Notes under the pieces: model-generated
The model's database searches: none
Seen by the model: the letters and a program-made list of their open reading frames with translations, nothing else
What the model was told of the DNA's origin: nothing
Source: an uncultured Methylomirabilota bacterium
GTDB lineage: Bacteria; Methylomirabilota; Methylomirabilia; Methylomirabilales; 2-02-FULL-66-22
Length of the DNA stretch: 64,000 nt
Direction of reading: 5' to 3'
Assembly: GCA_963845565.1 (NCBI GenBank)
Contig: CAWJSJ010000005.1
Location: 192,001-256,000 of the forward strand
Made by a program: the position numbers and the translations under genes
Shown here: positions 1 to 9,453 of the stretch, in pieces
How positions within the stretch are numbered: the first letter of the stretch is position 1
How the letters are laid out: each line of letters begins with the position of its first letter

Positions 1-1387
1 CAGCGAAGACCTGCTCCACGTCGTCGAAGAGGCGGTCCTGTCTCGGCGCCGCCGGGCGACAGTGCGTCTCGAGATCAGCGCGGACGCGGACCCGCGCATT
101 GCCCGCTGGCTCCCGGAATGGTTGGGCGTTCCGCCCGAGGGGATCTACCAGATTGAGGGCATGCTGGACGCCACCGCGCTGATGGACCTGGCGAACCGTC
201 ACGGTTTCGACTCGCTGCGGTATCCCGACTGGCCGCCCCAGCCTGCGCAGGATCTGGCGGGCACCGACGATCTTTGGGCGGCAGTCCAGGATCGCGACGT
301 GTTGCTCTTCCATCCGTACGAGCGATTCGATCCGGTGGTTCAGCTTCTGGATCTGGCTGCGGAGGATGCAGGAGTTCTGGCGATCAAGCAGACGCTCTAC
401 CGGACGAGCGGTGACTCGCCCATTGTTCGAGCACTTGAGCGGGCGGCCCGGAACGGCAAGCAGGTGACGGTACTGGTGGAGTTGAAGGCGCGGTTCGATG
501 AGGCGCGGAACGTCGGATGGGCGCGGCGAATGGAGGACGCCGGGTGCCACGTGATTTACGGGGTGGCCGGGCTCAAGACGCACGCCAAGGCCTTACTGAT
601 CGTCCGGCGCGAGGCCGGACGTATTCGCCGCTACGTGCATCTGTCAACGGGCAACTACAACGACCGAACCGCGCGACTGTACTCGGATATTGGCCTGCTG
701 ACCGGCCAGCGCGATCTGGCAGCGGATGTCGCCGCCTTCTTCAACGTACTCACGGGGGCGTCTGAGATCACCGGCTGGACCAGCCTGACCATTGCCCCCA
801 CGGATCTCCGGCAGCGTTTCGCGGAGTTGATCGACCGCGAAATCCAGGTCTCGACGCCGGACCGGTCTGGGCTGATCATGGCCAAGGTGAACTCCCTGCA
901 GGATCCCAAGGTCTGCAAGGCGCTCTACCGGGCTAGCCGAGCAGGTGTCAAGGTGCTGCTGAATGTCCGGGGGATCTGCTGTCTTCGGCCCGGGGTGAAG
1001 GGTGTGTCGGAAACGATCGAGGTGCGCTCGATCGTCGACCGTTATCTGGAGCACGCGCGTGTCTTCTACTTCCGCAACGGCGGGAACGACGAGGTGTACC
1101 TGAGCAGCGCGGACTGGATGTCGCGCAATCTGGATCGGCGGCTGGAACTCCTGTTCCCGGTCCGGTCGCCGGCCCTGGTGCGGCGACTCGTCGGAATCCT
1201 GGAGACATGTTTCGCCGACACCGCCAAAGCGCGTCGACTGCTTCCGGACGGCACCTATGAACGGGTCAAGGGGAAGACTCCGGCGGTGCGAGCCCAGGAG
1301 AGATTTTTCCTGGACTCCGTCGAGGCCACACGCGCCGCCAAGGCATCCCCCACGCGGTTCCGACCCCTGACCCGGCCAGAGGAGTAG
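1..1387 (+). CDS. ppk1: Polyphosphate kinase 1 (5'-truncated by window edge)
   Basis: Motifs LLFHPYERF, IKQTLYRTSGDS, VELKARFDE, LKTHAK, YVHLSTGNYN, SSADWMSRNLDRRLE; frame is open from the window start. Confidence 0.95.
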   Translation, partial: SEDLLHVVEEAVLSRRRRATVRLEISADADPRIARWLPEWLGVPPEGIYQIEGMLDATALMDLANRHGFDSLRYPDWPPQPAQDLAGTDDLWAAVQDRDVLLFHPYERFDPVVQLLDLAAEDAGVLAIKQTLYRTSGDSPIVRALERAARNGKQVTVLVELKARFDEARNVGWARRMEDAGCHVIYGVAGLKTHAKALLIVRREAGRIRRYVHLSTGNYNDRTARLYSDIGLLTGQRDLAADVAAFFNVLTGASEITGWTSLTIAPTDLRQRFAELIDREIQVSTPDRSGLIMAKVNSLQDPKVCKALYRASRAGVKVLLNVRGICCLRPGVKGVSETIEVRSIVDRYLEHARVFYFRNGGNDEVYLSSADWMSRNLDRRLELLFPVRSPALVRRLVGILETCFADTAKARRLLPDGTYERVKGKTPAVRAQERFFLDSVEATRAAKASPTRFRPLTRPEE

Positions 1388-1534
1388 CCGGCCGCTGAAA
1401 ACGGCACAGCCGCGGCGTACCCGTCCTCGGGATGGGCCGCCCATCCTCTGGATGGCTCTTCGGCCCGGTTCGGCGCTCTTTGCGTCGGACTCACTGTAGG
1501 GCTTTGCCTCAGGTCCGTGCGTGGCCACCCCTGG

Positions 1535-3289
1535 TTATGCGTCTCCCGCCGTCTGCGCCTTCTTGAGTGTTCCACGGGATTTGGGTTTCGTCGCCAGCGC
1601 CATGATCTCCCGCATCCGTCGGGAGAGTGGGTCGACTCGGCTGTCATCGGCGGGCCGAATGCTCGACCTGGGTACGGGCGCCTGCCGCATGCGCAGGATC
1701 AGGCTCTTCTTGAAGGCATCCTGGAACAGGTCGGATTTCCGCTCCGTAGCCCACAACTCGGTCGACGCGTCGCCCCGCACCAGGCACTCCAGGGTCACCG
1801 ACCGGGGCTGGATGCGGCACCGGATGGTGTGCACGACCTGCGTCCGGCTGCGTTCCAGATACTCCGCCAGCCGAAGCAGAGCTCCCAGCTTCCGAATCCG
1901 CTCGTCGTCGTCGTGCGTGAGGAGTCCGGGGAAAGGCTGCGCCTTGGGCATCCCGCGACGGTGGTAGAGCACGAGTTGCGACATCAGGGCCACTTCGCGG
2001 TGCCGGAAGCCGGGGAGATCGGCGTCCAGGAGGATGCGAGATGAGTATTCGTGGTGGCTGTAGTAGTCGATCGCCAATCCGAGATCATGGAGGAGCGCGG
2101 CGGCGGACAGCGCCGCCCGCTCCTGGTCGCCGTAGCGGTGCAACGGACGCAGTTGGTCGAACAGGGACACCGCCAGCCTTTCCACGTGGCGGGCATGCGG
2201 CCAGTTCAGATCGTAGAGGAGGCTGAGGTTCGCGAGTCCGAAGGCGCGCGGATTCTCGACCGTATCGCGTCCCGTGTTTCTCAGAAAGTGCTCGTAGAAC
2301 ACACCCTCGCGAAGCCCCTGGCCCGAAACCACCAATTCGCCGTATCCGGCCTGCTCCAGGACCTGAAACAGCACCAAGGCGCCGGCCAGGATGACATCCG
2401 CCCGATCGCTGCTCAGTCCGGGAAACTTCCGACGTTTTCGCAGGGGCAGCTTGGCCAGTCGCTGCACGATCTGCTCGAGCCGGCGGCGACTGAGGACGTA
2501 GCCGTGGACCCGGTCCAGGGGGTAGTCCTGCAGATGCTGGTCGATCTTGGCCAGCGTCCGGATGGTTCCGCCCATTCCGACGAGGCTCTCGCCCGGTCCT
2601 CCTTCAATCCAGGACAGGTCGCGCAACAAGTACTCGATGTACCGAGACAGGGTGCGGATCTCGGCGGCCTTGGGTGGGTCTTCGCGCAGAAAGGCTTCGG
2701 TCAGGCGCACCGCCCCGGCCGGCAGCATGACGGTCTTGACCGGCCGGCGGTCTTCGACCCGGACCAACTCCATGCTCCCACCGCCGATGTCAACCACCAG
2801 ACTGTTCCCGATGGCGAGGCTGTTGACTGCCCCGAGAAATCCGTAATGGGCCTCCTCCTCTCCGGTCAGGACGCGCAGGGTGAGGCCGACCTCTTCCCGG
2901 ATTCGCTTCAGGAACTCGGTCTGGTTGCGGGCATCGCGTACGGCGCTGGTTCCCACGGCCACGATGGTGTCGATGCCGTTCGCCTCGCAGAGTCCCCGAA
3001 AGACCCGGAGCAGGCGAATCGTGCGTTCCATCGGTTGCGCCCGCAACAGACCCTCCGCTCCCATTCCCTCGCTGAGGCGGACCTGTTCCCGTACTTGATC
3101 GATCAGGCGGAACGAGACCCCTGGGGTGTGGGCCAGGATGATCAATCGGCTCGTATTTGAGCCGACATCGATCACCCCGATCTTGCGTGGGCCGAGGCGG
3201 GATTCCGGCTCCTTGGGCGTGCGGATTTTGGGTATGCGACCACGGCCGGGCGGCGTGCGCCTGAGAGGGAGACTCGGGAGGCGAGGCAC
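1535..3289 (-). CDS. ppx: Ppx/GppA exopolyphosphatase with C-terminal HD domain
   Basis: IGVIDVGSNTSRL, DIGGGSME, GLREG, LLHDLG; start placed at GTG 3289 after AGGAGG. Confidence 0.9.
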   Translation of the reverse strand: MPRLPSLPLRRTPPGRGRIPKIRTPKEPESRLGPRKIGVIDVGSNTSRLIILAHTPGVSFRLIDQVREQVRLSEGMGAEGLLRAQPMERTIRLLRVFRGLCEANGIDTIVAVGTSAVRDARNQTEFLKRIREEVGLTLRVLTGEEEAHYGFLGAVNSLAIGNSLVVDIGGGSMELVRVEDRRPVKTVMLPAGAVRLTEAFLREDPPKAAEIRTLSRYIEYLLRDLSWIEGGPGESLVGMGGTIRTLAKIDQHLQDYPLDRVHGYVLSRRRLEQIVQRLAKLPLRKRRKFPGLSSDRADVILAGALVLFQVLEQAGYGELVVSGQGLREGVFYEHFLRNTGRDTVENPRAFGLANLSLLYDLNWPHARHVERLAVSLFDQLRPLHRYGDQERAALSAAALLHDLGLAIDYYSHHEYSSRILLDADLPGFRHREVALMSQLVLYHRRGMPKAQPFPGLLTHDDDERIRKLGALLRLAEYLERSRTQVVHTIRCRIQPRSVTLECLVRGDASTELWATERKSDLFQDAFKKSLILRMRQAPVPRSSIRPADDSRVDPLSRRMREIMALATKPKSRGTLKKAQTAGDA

Positions 3290-3489
3290 GGAATGTCCTC
3301 CTGTTTTCGGATGATCGATGCTCACCCCGGGATCGAGCCGTCGTTGGACAAAGCCGCGGCGCGGTCCTGTTCTACCAAGGGAGCGGCGATTGGTCAAGCC
3401 GGCACCCGTGGCCCGATTGCCTCTGGGGACAGTGGACAGGCGGGAGACGGACCTGATACCATCCTCGCGCACGTTGGAGGAGGCGATCA

Positions 3490-3879
3490 GTGGGATTTTG
3501 GGCCACGTGGACGGGGCGAGCGCGGGCGCTGAAACGGGAGACGTACGCCGTCTATCTGGCGTGCCGGGACCCGCGGGTGCCATGGTACGGTCGGGTGCTG
3601 GCAGCCTGCATCGTCGGGTACGCGTTCAGCCCGATCGACCTCATCCCCGATTTTGTCCCCGTCCTCGGCTACCTGGACGACCTGATCCTGATTCCCCTTG
3701 GCATCGCGTTCGTCCTCAGGGCCATCCCGCCCGAGGTGATGGCCGAATGCCGGGAGAAGGCGGCGATCGCCATGGCGGGCGGCAAGCCCAGGAACTGGAT
3801 CGCCGGCGGGATCATCGTGTTCATCTGGATCGTGCTCGCCGTAGGCGCCGCCGTACTTGGTTTCCGAATTCTGCAATAG
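3490..3879 (+). CDS. YkvA/DUF1232 family membrane protein
   Basis: [21 protein letters not shown] signature. Confidence 0.9.
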   Translation: MGFWATWTGRARALKRETYAVYLACRDPRVPWYGRVLAACIVGYAFSPIDLIPDFVPVLGYLDDLILIPLGIAFVLRAIPPEVMAECREKAAIAMAGGKPRNWIAGGIIVFIWIVLAVGAAVLGFRILQ

Positions 3880-3973
3880 CACTCACCGTCTCGGTCTCTG
3901 TTGGCACGGCCTAATTGTGGATCTCAAGAACATTCGAAGGCATTGGATTGCCACACGCGTCTCAACAGACTAT

Positions 3974-3995
3974 CATATGCAGACACGTGCATGTG
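3974..3995. promoter_or_regulatory. Putative ArsR operator CATATG-N10-CATGTG
   Basis: Palindrome just upstream of arsR; same motif at 4391, 10965 and 11329. Confidence 0.6.
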
Positions 3996-4007
3996 TTGAG
4001 GTCGAGG

Positions 4008-4376
4008 ATGAAGGACATTGCTCGCGTCCTGGATATGTTGGCGGACCCGACACGGCTCCGACTGCTGCGGTTGCTGCGTCAGCAGGAACTGTGCGTCTGC
4101 GAGCTTGTGGATACGCTCCGCATGCCGCAGTACAAGATCTCCCGGCACCTGCGCAGTCTCCGCGCCGTCGGCCTCGTCGAGGCCCGGCGGGACGGCCGGT
4201 GGATGCACTACCGTCTGGGGCGCCGTGGCGTGCAGGCTCGCCTGGTGCAGGATCTGCTCGCAGTGTTGTGCGGCCACCTGGACAAGACACCACTCGGCCA
4301 ACGGGACGACTCCAGTCTGCGGCGTCGGTTGGCCGCGGGAAAGGTCGGGCGGTGTCTGACGCGGAGCCGTCCGTGA
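4008..4376 (+). CDS. arsR: ArsR/SmtB family As(III)-responsive repressor
   Basis: [17 protein letters not shown] metal-binding motif, ISRHLRSLR; lies upstream of acr3. Confidence 0.9.
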   Translation: MKDIARVLDMLADPTRLRLLRLLRQQELCVCELVDTLRMPQYKISRHLRSLRAVGLVEARRDGRWMHYRLGRRGVQARLVQDLLAVLCGHLDKTPLGQRDDSSLRRRLAAGKVGRCLTRSRP

Positions 4377-4390
4377 CTCTTGTGGGCAAA

Positions 4391-4412
4391 CATATGCGCT
4401 CTGCGACATATG
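4391..4412. promoter_or_regulatory. Putative ArsR operator CATATG-N10-CATATG
   Basis: Perfect 6-10-6 palindrome between arsR and acr3. Confidence 0.6.
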
Positions 4413-4453
4413 ACGCTGGGTACGGGACCGCAACGAATCATAGGAGCGAGCGC

Positions 4454-5536
4454 ATGACTGACGGTGTGGTGAAAAAGCTGTCGTTTCTCGATCGGTATCT
4501 CACGGTCTGGATCTTCCTGGCGATGTTCATTGGAGTCGGACAGGGATACTTCTTCCCAACGAGCACGGCGTGGATCTCCGCCTTTCAGGTGGGGACGACC
4601 TCATTCCCCATCGCGATCGGCCTCATCCTGATGATGTATCCGCCGCTCGCCAAGGTGAAGTATGAGGAGATCGGCCGGGTCTTCAAGGACGTCAGGATCC
4701 TTCTCCTTTCCCTGGTGCAGAACTGGGTGATCGGCCCGATCCTGATGTTCATCCTGGCGATCACGTTTCTGCGGGATTACCCCGAGTACATGGTCGGGCT
4801 GATCATGATCGGCCTGGCCCGCTGCATCGCCATGGTCATCGTCTGGAACGAGCTGGCGCGGGGCGACACGGAGTACTGCGCGGCCTTGGTGGCGTTCAAT
4901 TCCATCTTCCAGGTCTTGTTCTTCTCGGTGTTTGCGTATGTGTTCATCACGGTGCTGCCCCGCTGGTTCGGCCTGCAGGGTACGGTGGTGAACATCTCCA
5001 TCGGGCAGATCGCCGAGAGCGTGTTTATTTACCTGGGGATACCGTTCATCGCCGGGGTCATCACGCGCTTCACCCTCATTCCGCTGAAGGGCAAGGAATG
5101 GTATCAGAAGGTATTCATCCCGCGGATTTCCCCCATCACGCTGATCTCGCTGCTGTTCACCATCGTGGTGATGTTCAGCCTGAAGGGGGAGTACATCGTC
5201 CGCTTGCCCCTGGACGTCCTGCGGATCGCGGTGCCGCTCCTGATCTACTTCGTGGTGATGTTCCTGGTGTCGTTCTACCTGAGCTACCGGCTGGGGGCCG
5301 ATTACCCGAAGAGCGCGTCGCTCTCCTTCACGGCGGCCAGCAACAATTTCGAGCTGGCGATCGCCGTGGCCGTGGCGGTCTTCGGCTTGAACTCCGGAGC
5401 GGCCTTCGCCGCGGTGATCGGCCCGCTGGTGGAGGTCCCGGCGCTGATCGGCCTGGTCAACGTGGCGTTCTGGTTCCAGCGGCGGTATTTCGCCGATGCA
5501 CCGGCGGCGAGGCTACAGCGGTGCCCGGGGGAGTGA
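4454..5536 (+). CDS. acr3: ACR3 family arsenite efflux transporter
   Basis: [47 protein letters not shown] before ATG 4454. Confidence 0.95.
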   Translation: MTDGVVKKLSFLDRYLTVWIFLAMFIGVGQGYFFPTSTAWISAFQVGTTSFPIAIGLILMMYPPLAKVKYEEIGRVFKDVRILLLSLVQNWVIGPILMFILAITFLRDYPEYMVGLIMIGLARCIAMVIVWNELARGDTEYCAALVAFNSIFQVLFFSVFAYVFITVLPRWFGLQGTVVNISIGQIAESVFIYLGIPFIAGVITRFTLIPLKGKEWYQKVFIPRISPITLISLLFTIVVMFSLKGEYIVRLPLDVLRIAVPLLIYFVVMFLVSFYLSYRLGADYPKSASLSFTAASNNFELAIAVAVAVFGLNSGAAFAAVIGPLVEVPALIGLVNVAFWFQRRYFADAPAARLQRCPGE

Positions 5537-5537
5537 C

Positions 5538-5795
5538 ATGGCGGACACGATCATCATATACGGCACCGATACCTGTCCTTACTGCAGCCAGGCGCGAGCG
5601 GCCTATGGGGACAGGGCGGTGTACGTGAACGTTGGCCAACACCCCGAGAAGCTCTCGGAAATGCTGGCTTTGACCGGGGGCAAGAGACATGTGCCAGTGA
5701 TCGTAGAAGGGGGAAAGGTGACGGTTGGCTTCGCAGGAGAGGCCTCTCTGCGCGGTGGCATCCCCCTCTTCGGGGGAACCTGATCCGTCAAATAG
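5538..5795 (+). CDS. Glutaredoxin-like putative selenoprotein (CPYC; C-terminus GGT-U-SVK, UXX-star-like)
   Basis: Grx features (CPYC, VPVI); TGA 5781-5783 is followed by 3 codons and TAG, with a hairpin 11 nt downstream. If UGA is a stop the gene ends at 5783. Confidence 0.75.
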
Positions 5796-5813
5796 GTCTG
5801 CCGTGGGCGGACC
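5795..5813 (+). promoter_or_regulatory. Putative bacterial SECIS hairpin
   Basis: GGTCTGCC-GTG-GGCGGACC, starting 11 nt after TGA 5781. Confidence 0.6.
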
Positions 5814-5840
5814 GCGAACCGACGTCAGAAAGGGAATGAC

Positions 5841-6152
5841 ATGATTGAAATCACAGAAACCGCACGGACGGCAATCGAGGGGGTCCTCGGGCAGCACAAA
5901 GGGCGGCCCGCGGTGAGAATCCTTTTGCAACCCGGCTGAGGCGGGCCCAAACTGGGTATGGCTCTGGACGAGCCCCAAGAGAACGATGTGACCCACACTG
6001 ATCACGGTGTCACCTTTGCGATCGAGAAGGATCTGTTTGAGCAAATCAAGCCGGTCCGCGTCGATTTCGTGGAGTCGGCAGACGGATCAGGATTCCACCT
6101 CACCTCGAGCCTGGCGCCAGGCGACGGCTGCGGGAGCTCCTGCGCGTGCTAG
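5841..6152 (+). CDS. IscA/HesB-like putative selenoprotein
   Basis: MIEITETA...LQPG-U-GGPKLGMALDEP...GCGSSCAC; in-frame TGA 5937-5939 at the first Cys position of HesB/IscA; hairpin GGCTC-TGGAC-GAGCC at 5960-5974. Confidence 0.85.
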
Positions 6153-6235
6153 TGTCCGGAGAATAGCGGTCGGCCAGGTCGACGGCGGGCGCGTGGCCCC
6201 AGGAGAGGAGTCGAGCGGCAGGAGGGCAGGAGCGC

Positions 6236-6658
6236 ATGGAACCCACGATCAAGGTCTTATTTGTGTGCACCGGAAATTCCGCCCGGAGCCAGATGGCCGA
6301 GGGCTTCGCGAGGCACTTCGGTGGCGAGCAGATCGAGGCGCACAGCGCCGGGGTGGAGCCGAGTCGGCTGAATCCCGTTGCCGTGGCGGTCATGCAGGAG
6401 AAGGGGATCGACATCTCGGGCCACCACTCGAAGGCGTTCGACTGGGACCTGGCTCGACAGATGGACGTGGTGGTGACGGTGTGCGGTCATGCCAACGAGT
6501 CCTGCCCGGTCCTGCCGCCGGAGGTGAAACGCCTCCACTGGCCCCTAGAGGACCCGGCTGCCGCCAAGGGCACGGACACGGAGATCATGGCCACGTTCCG
6601 TCTCGTGCGGGATCAAGTCGAAACCCGGGTCGTGGACTTGCTCCGTACGGTGCGCTAG
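6236..6658 (+). CDS. arsC: Thioredoxin-coupled (LMW-PTP fold) arsenate reductase
   Basis: CTGNSARSQMAE P-loop, TVCGHANESCP resolving cysteines, HWPLEDP. Confidence 0.9.
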   Translation: MEPTIKVLFVCTGNSARSQMAEGFARHFGGEQIEAHSAGVEPSRLNPVAVAVMQEKGIDISGHHSKAFDWDLARQMDVVVTVCGHANESCPVLPPEVKRLHWPLEDPAAAKGTDTEIMATFRLVRDQVETRVVDLLRTVR

Positions 6659-6735
6659 CGCGATCAACTCCCGCGACATCCGTGGGCACGCAATCCGGCG
6701 GACACGCGCGTGACGACTCACAACCGGGGGTGACC

Positions 6736-7026
6736 ATGAAGATCAGTGTCAAGGTCGTCGGACTTTGGAAACTGGTCGAAAAGATGGGGAACAAGGGGTG
6801 CGGAGTGGTGGAGTTTCCCGGGGGAACGGCGAACGATCTCTTTCGACACCTCCTGGCTCACCACGGGTTCGTGTGGGCGGACTTTCCGCTCTTGGAGAAA
6901 TGGGAGGAGAATATCAACCTCTCCATCGTGCATAACGATGACATCTTGTTGAAGGCCGACTATGGCCGAACGCCTCTTGCGGACGGCGACAAGCTGTCGC
7001 TTTACGTTCAGACGGGGTGTTGTTAG
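6736..7026 (+). CDS. MoaD/ThiS-like beta-grasp protein with atypical C-terminus TGCC
   Basis: 96 aa: MKISVKVVG..., GGTANDLF, TPLADGDKLSLYVQTGCC; pattern of MoaD/ThiS but without terminal Gly-Gly. Confidence 0.7.
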   Translation: MKISVKVVGLWKLVEKMGNKGCGVVEFPGGTANDLFRHLLAHHGFVWADFPLLEKWEENINLSIVHNDDILLKADYGRTPLADGDKLSLYVQTGCC

Positions 7027-7118
7027 GCGGGAGCGGCGGCGATGATGGCTGCGGTTCCGCCGTGGTGCCCCGCGTTGGCGGCGGGACCGATGAGTGTACC
7101 CAATTCCGAGATGCCTCC

Positions 7119-8370
7119 ATGACCGTTCAACCTGAATCTGCAGCGCACGACGACGAGGAGGGACGCGGGCTGCTCCATCCGGCGGTAGTGTCTCGCTGCG
7201 ATCTGAGCCGTGGTGACCAACCTCACATGGTTGTTGGGGCGAACGGCGCGCAACAGCGTCAACCAGGGGACCGCCTGGCGAAGGTTTACGTCGAGCCGAC
7301 GAATCGCTGCAATCTGGAGTGTCGCACGTGCATCCGGCACGGGTGGGACGAGCCGCTCGGCCAGATGGATGAGGCGACCTTCGCCCGGATCACGGATGGG
7401 CTCCGCGCGTTTTCGCCGCCGCCCACGGTATTCTTTGGCGGCTTCGGCGAACCGTTGGCGCATCCGCGCATCGTGGAGATGGTGGCGAAGGCGAAAGCCC
7501 TCGGCGGGCCGGCGGAGCTCATCACCAACGGGACGCTTCTCACCCAGGATGTGTCGCGGCGTTTGATTTCGGCGGGGCTCGATCTGCTCTGGGTCTCCCT
7601 GGACGGCGCCACACCGGAAAGTTACACGGACGTGCGCCTCGGCGCGGCCTTGCCACAGGTCCTGGCCAATCTCGCGGCGTTCCGGGATGCGCGCACGGCC
7701 GCTCCGGATCGGACCGCACCCCAGATCGGCATCGCTTTTGTGATGATGAAGCGAAACGTCGCCGATCTGCCGGCGGTGCTGCGCCTTGGGGACCGTTTGG
7801 GGGCGACCCGATTCATGGTCAGCAACGTGCTGCCGTACACGAAGGCGATGTGCGAGGAGGCGCTCTACCCTCGAGTGCTCACGCGTCGCCTGTACTCTTC
7901 CTCCGACCCTCCCCTCAACTTGTCCGCTCTGGACGGGCGACCAGATTACCTTCGAGTCTCGGCGGGACGTGATGCGCGGAGGCCTGCGCATCAGCCTGAA
8001 CGGCGGCGACCTGGCGGAGGCCAGGAACCGCTGCCCGTTTGTCGAGCGCGGCGCCATGGCGATCGCCTGGGATGGGAACGTTAGCCCGTGCCTACCCCTC
8101 CTGCACAGCCATGTCAGTTATCTGGGGGGACAAGACCGCATATCGCGACGGTACGTGGTCGGCCAGGTGGCGGAGCGCGATCTCCGCGACCTGTGGACCG
8201 CGCCGGAGTATGTGGCGTTTCGCCGGCGCGTCCAAGGATTCGAGTTCTCACCCTGCACCGGGTGCGGGGGCTGCAATCTCTCGGAGGCGAATCAAGAGGA
8301 CTGCTACGACAACCCGTTTCCCACCTGTGGCGGGTGCCTTTGGGCGCAAGGCATGATCCACTGCCCTTAG
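7119..8370 (+). CDS. Radical SAM/SPASM protein resembling tungsten-oxidoreductase-associated maturases; apparent +1 frameshift near 7935
   Basis: CNLECRTC motif and GGFGEPL in one frame; Cys-rich SPASM tail (CPF..CLP..CTGCGGC..C..CGGCLWAQGMIHCP) in the +1 frame. Confidence 0.85.
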
Positions 8371-8494
8371 CCGGCTGCTCAAAAAGGCCCACCTGCGGCG
8401 TTGGCGCGCTCGGGCGCTCGTTGCGGCGTACCTCCAGTACGCCTCACTCGGCCCATCACTTGCCGCCTTGCATCTGGACTTTTTGAGCAGCCTG
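8368..8494. repeat. MITE/REP-like element with 14-bp terminal inverted repeats
   Basis: GGCTGCTCAAAAAG (8373-8386) ... CTTTTTGAGCAGCC (8479-8492); relatives at 1385 and 13357. Confidence 0.7.
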
Positions 8495-8567
8495 GGCGGG
8501 AGCCTTGCGAACTGAGCGGCCCCAGGCAAGTTCAATCCATTACACCCCAGATTTCAGGCGGTTGTTC

Positions 8568-8607
8568 TTGACAAGGCGGGATGTGTGCAGTAGATTGCAT
8601 GGTACAA
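8568..8607 (+). promoter_or_regulatory. Sigma70 promoter of marR with overlapping palindromic operator
   Basis: TTGACA-N17-TAGATT; TTGCA-N3-TACAA at 8595-8607. Confidence 0.65.
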
Positions 8608-8633
8608 GTAGTATGGAGGAGGCGGGTGAGGCA

Positions 8634-9092
8634 ATGATGACACTGGACGAAGGGGCTGAGCGGCTACACCGTTTGACGAAGGAGCTTCTCCGGCGGTACC
8701 AGTTCCGCGACTGGAACCAGGTCTGCTGCTATGGGATCTCTATCAGCCAGAGCCATATCCTGGACGTCCTGGTGGAGGACGGCGACCTCACCATGCAGGC
8801 GCTCGCGCGGCGGATGTTCAAGTCCGTCAGCACCATGACGCGAGTGGCGGGACAACTGGTCCGGAAGGGCTACATCAAACGCCGACAGGACCCCGAGGAC
8901 CGGCGGGTCGTCCACGTGTCCATCACACCGCAGGGCAAGGCCATCATCGCCGCGATTCAGCGGGACATGATCGAGACACAGAAGGCCGTCCTCCAGACCG
9001 TGCCGGCCGACGAATGGGCAGGGGCTTTCAAGGTGCTCGAGGCCCTGTCCCGAGGCGCGCGACGGTGGCAGGAGACGTGCTGCAAGGTGTGA
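8634..9092 (+). CDS. MarR family regulator with two vicinal Cys pairs
   Basis: wHTH MarR motifs (STMTRV, DPEDRRVVHVSITPQG); VCCYG near the N-terminus and TCCKV at the C-terminus. Confidence 0.9.
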   Translation: MMTLDEGAERLHRLTKELLRRYQFRDWNQVCCYGISISQSHILDVLVEDGDLTMQALARRMFKSVSTMTRVAGQLVRKGYIKRRQDPEDRRVVHVSITPQGKAIIAAIQRDMIETQKAVLQTVPADEWAGAFKVLEALSRGARRWQETCCKV

Positions 9093-9108
9093 TTTGGTTT
9101 GCACATAT

Positions 9109-9125
9109 GGTTGTATACTGCAACC
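9109..9125. promoter_or_regulatory. Putative MarR operator GGTTGTA-N3-TGCAACC
   Basis: Palindrome matching the 8595 site, upstream of the AhpD-like gene. Confidence 0.55.
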
Positions 9126-9150
9126 GTCGTGATACTCAAAGGGAGGCGCC

Positions 9151-9438
9151 ATGCTCAAGCCAAAGCAGGACCAGTTGGCAAACGAATTTTACCAGGCCGC
9201 CTTTGCCGATGGTGAGGTGGACGCGAAGACCAAGATCCTGATCGGGACCGCCGTCTCGATGACGCTGGGGTGCTACCCCTGAATGCGGTATTACCTTGGC
9301 GTGGCCAAGGAGCAAGGAATCTCGGAGGGGGCGATTCGGGAGGCGATGGCCGTCGCGATGGCGGTGAACAGCGGACGTGTCCGCATGCAGGCGCGTGAGG
9401 CGCTCAAGGGCTTGCTGGAGCCGCTGGCTTCAGCGTGA
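9151..9438 (+). CDS. AhpD/carboxymuconolactone decarboxylase family putative selenoprotein (CxxU)
   Basis: GGGAGG RBS; DAKTKILIGTAVSMTLGCYP-U-MRYYLGVAKEQGISEGAIREAMAVAMAV; TGA 9280-9282; hairpin CCTTGGC-GTG-GCCAAGG 11 nt downstream. Confidence 0.85.
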
Positions 9439-9453
9439 TGCGAGGAGAATGAC

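Noticed and set aside
5534..5536. acr3 TGA as selenocysteine
   Set aside because: It lies past the end of the family, the next gene starts immediately, and I see no SECIS-like hairpin
7024..7026. TAG read-through (pyrrolysine) after TGCC
   Set aside because: The protein is already full MoaD length and there is no pyl context
9090..9092. marR TGA after CCKV as selenocysteine
   Set aside because: The downstream palindrome has no G in its loop and is better explained as an operator
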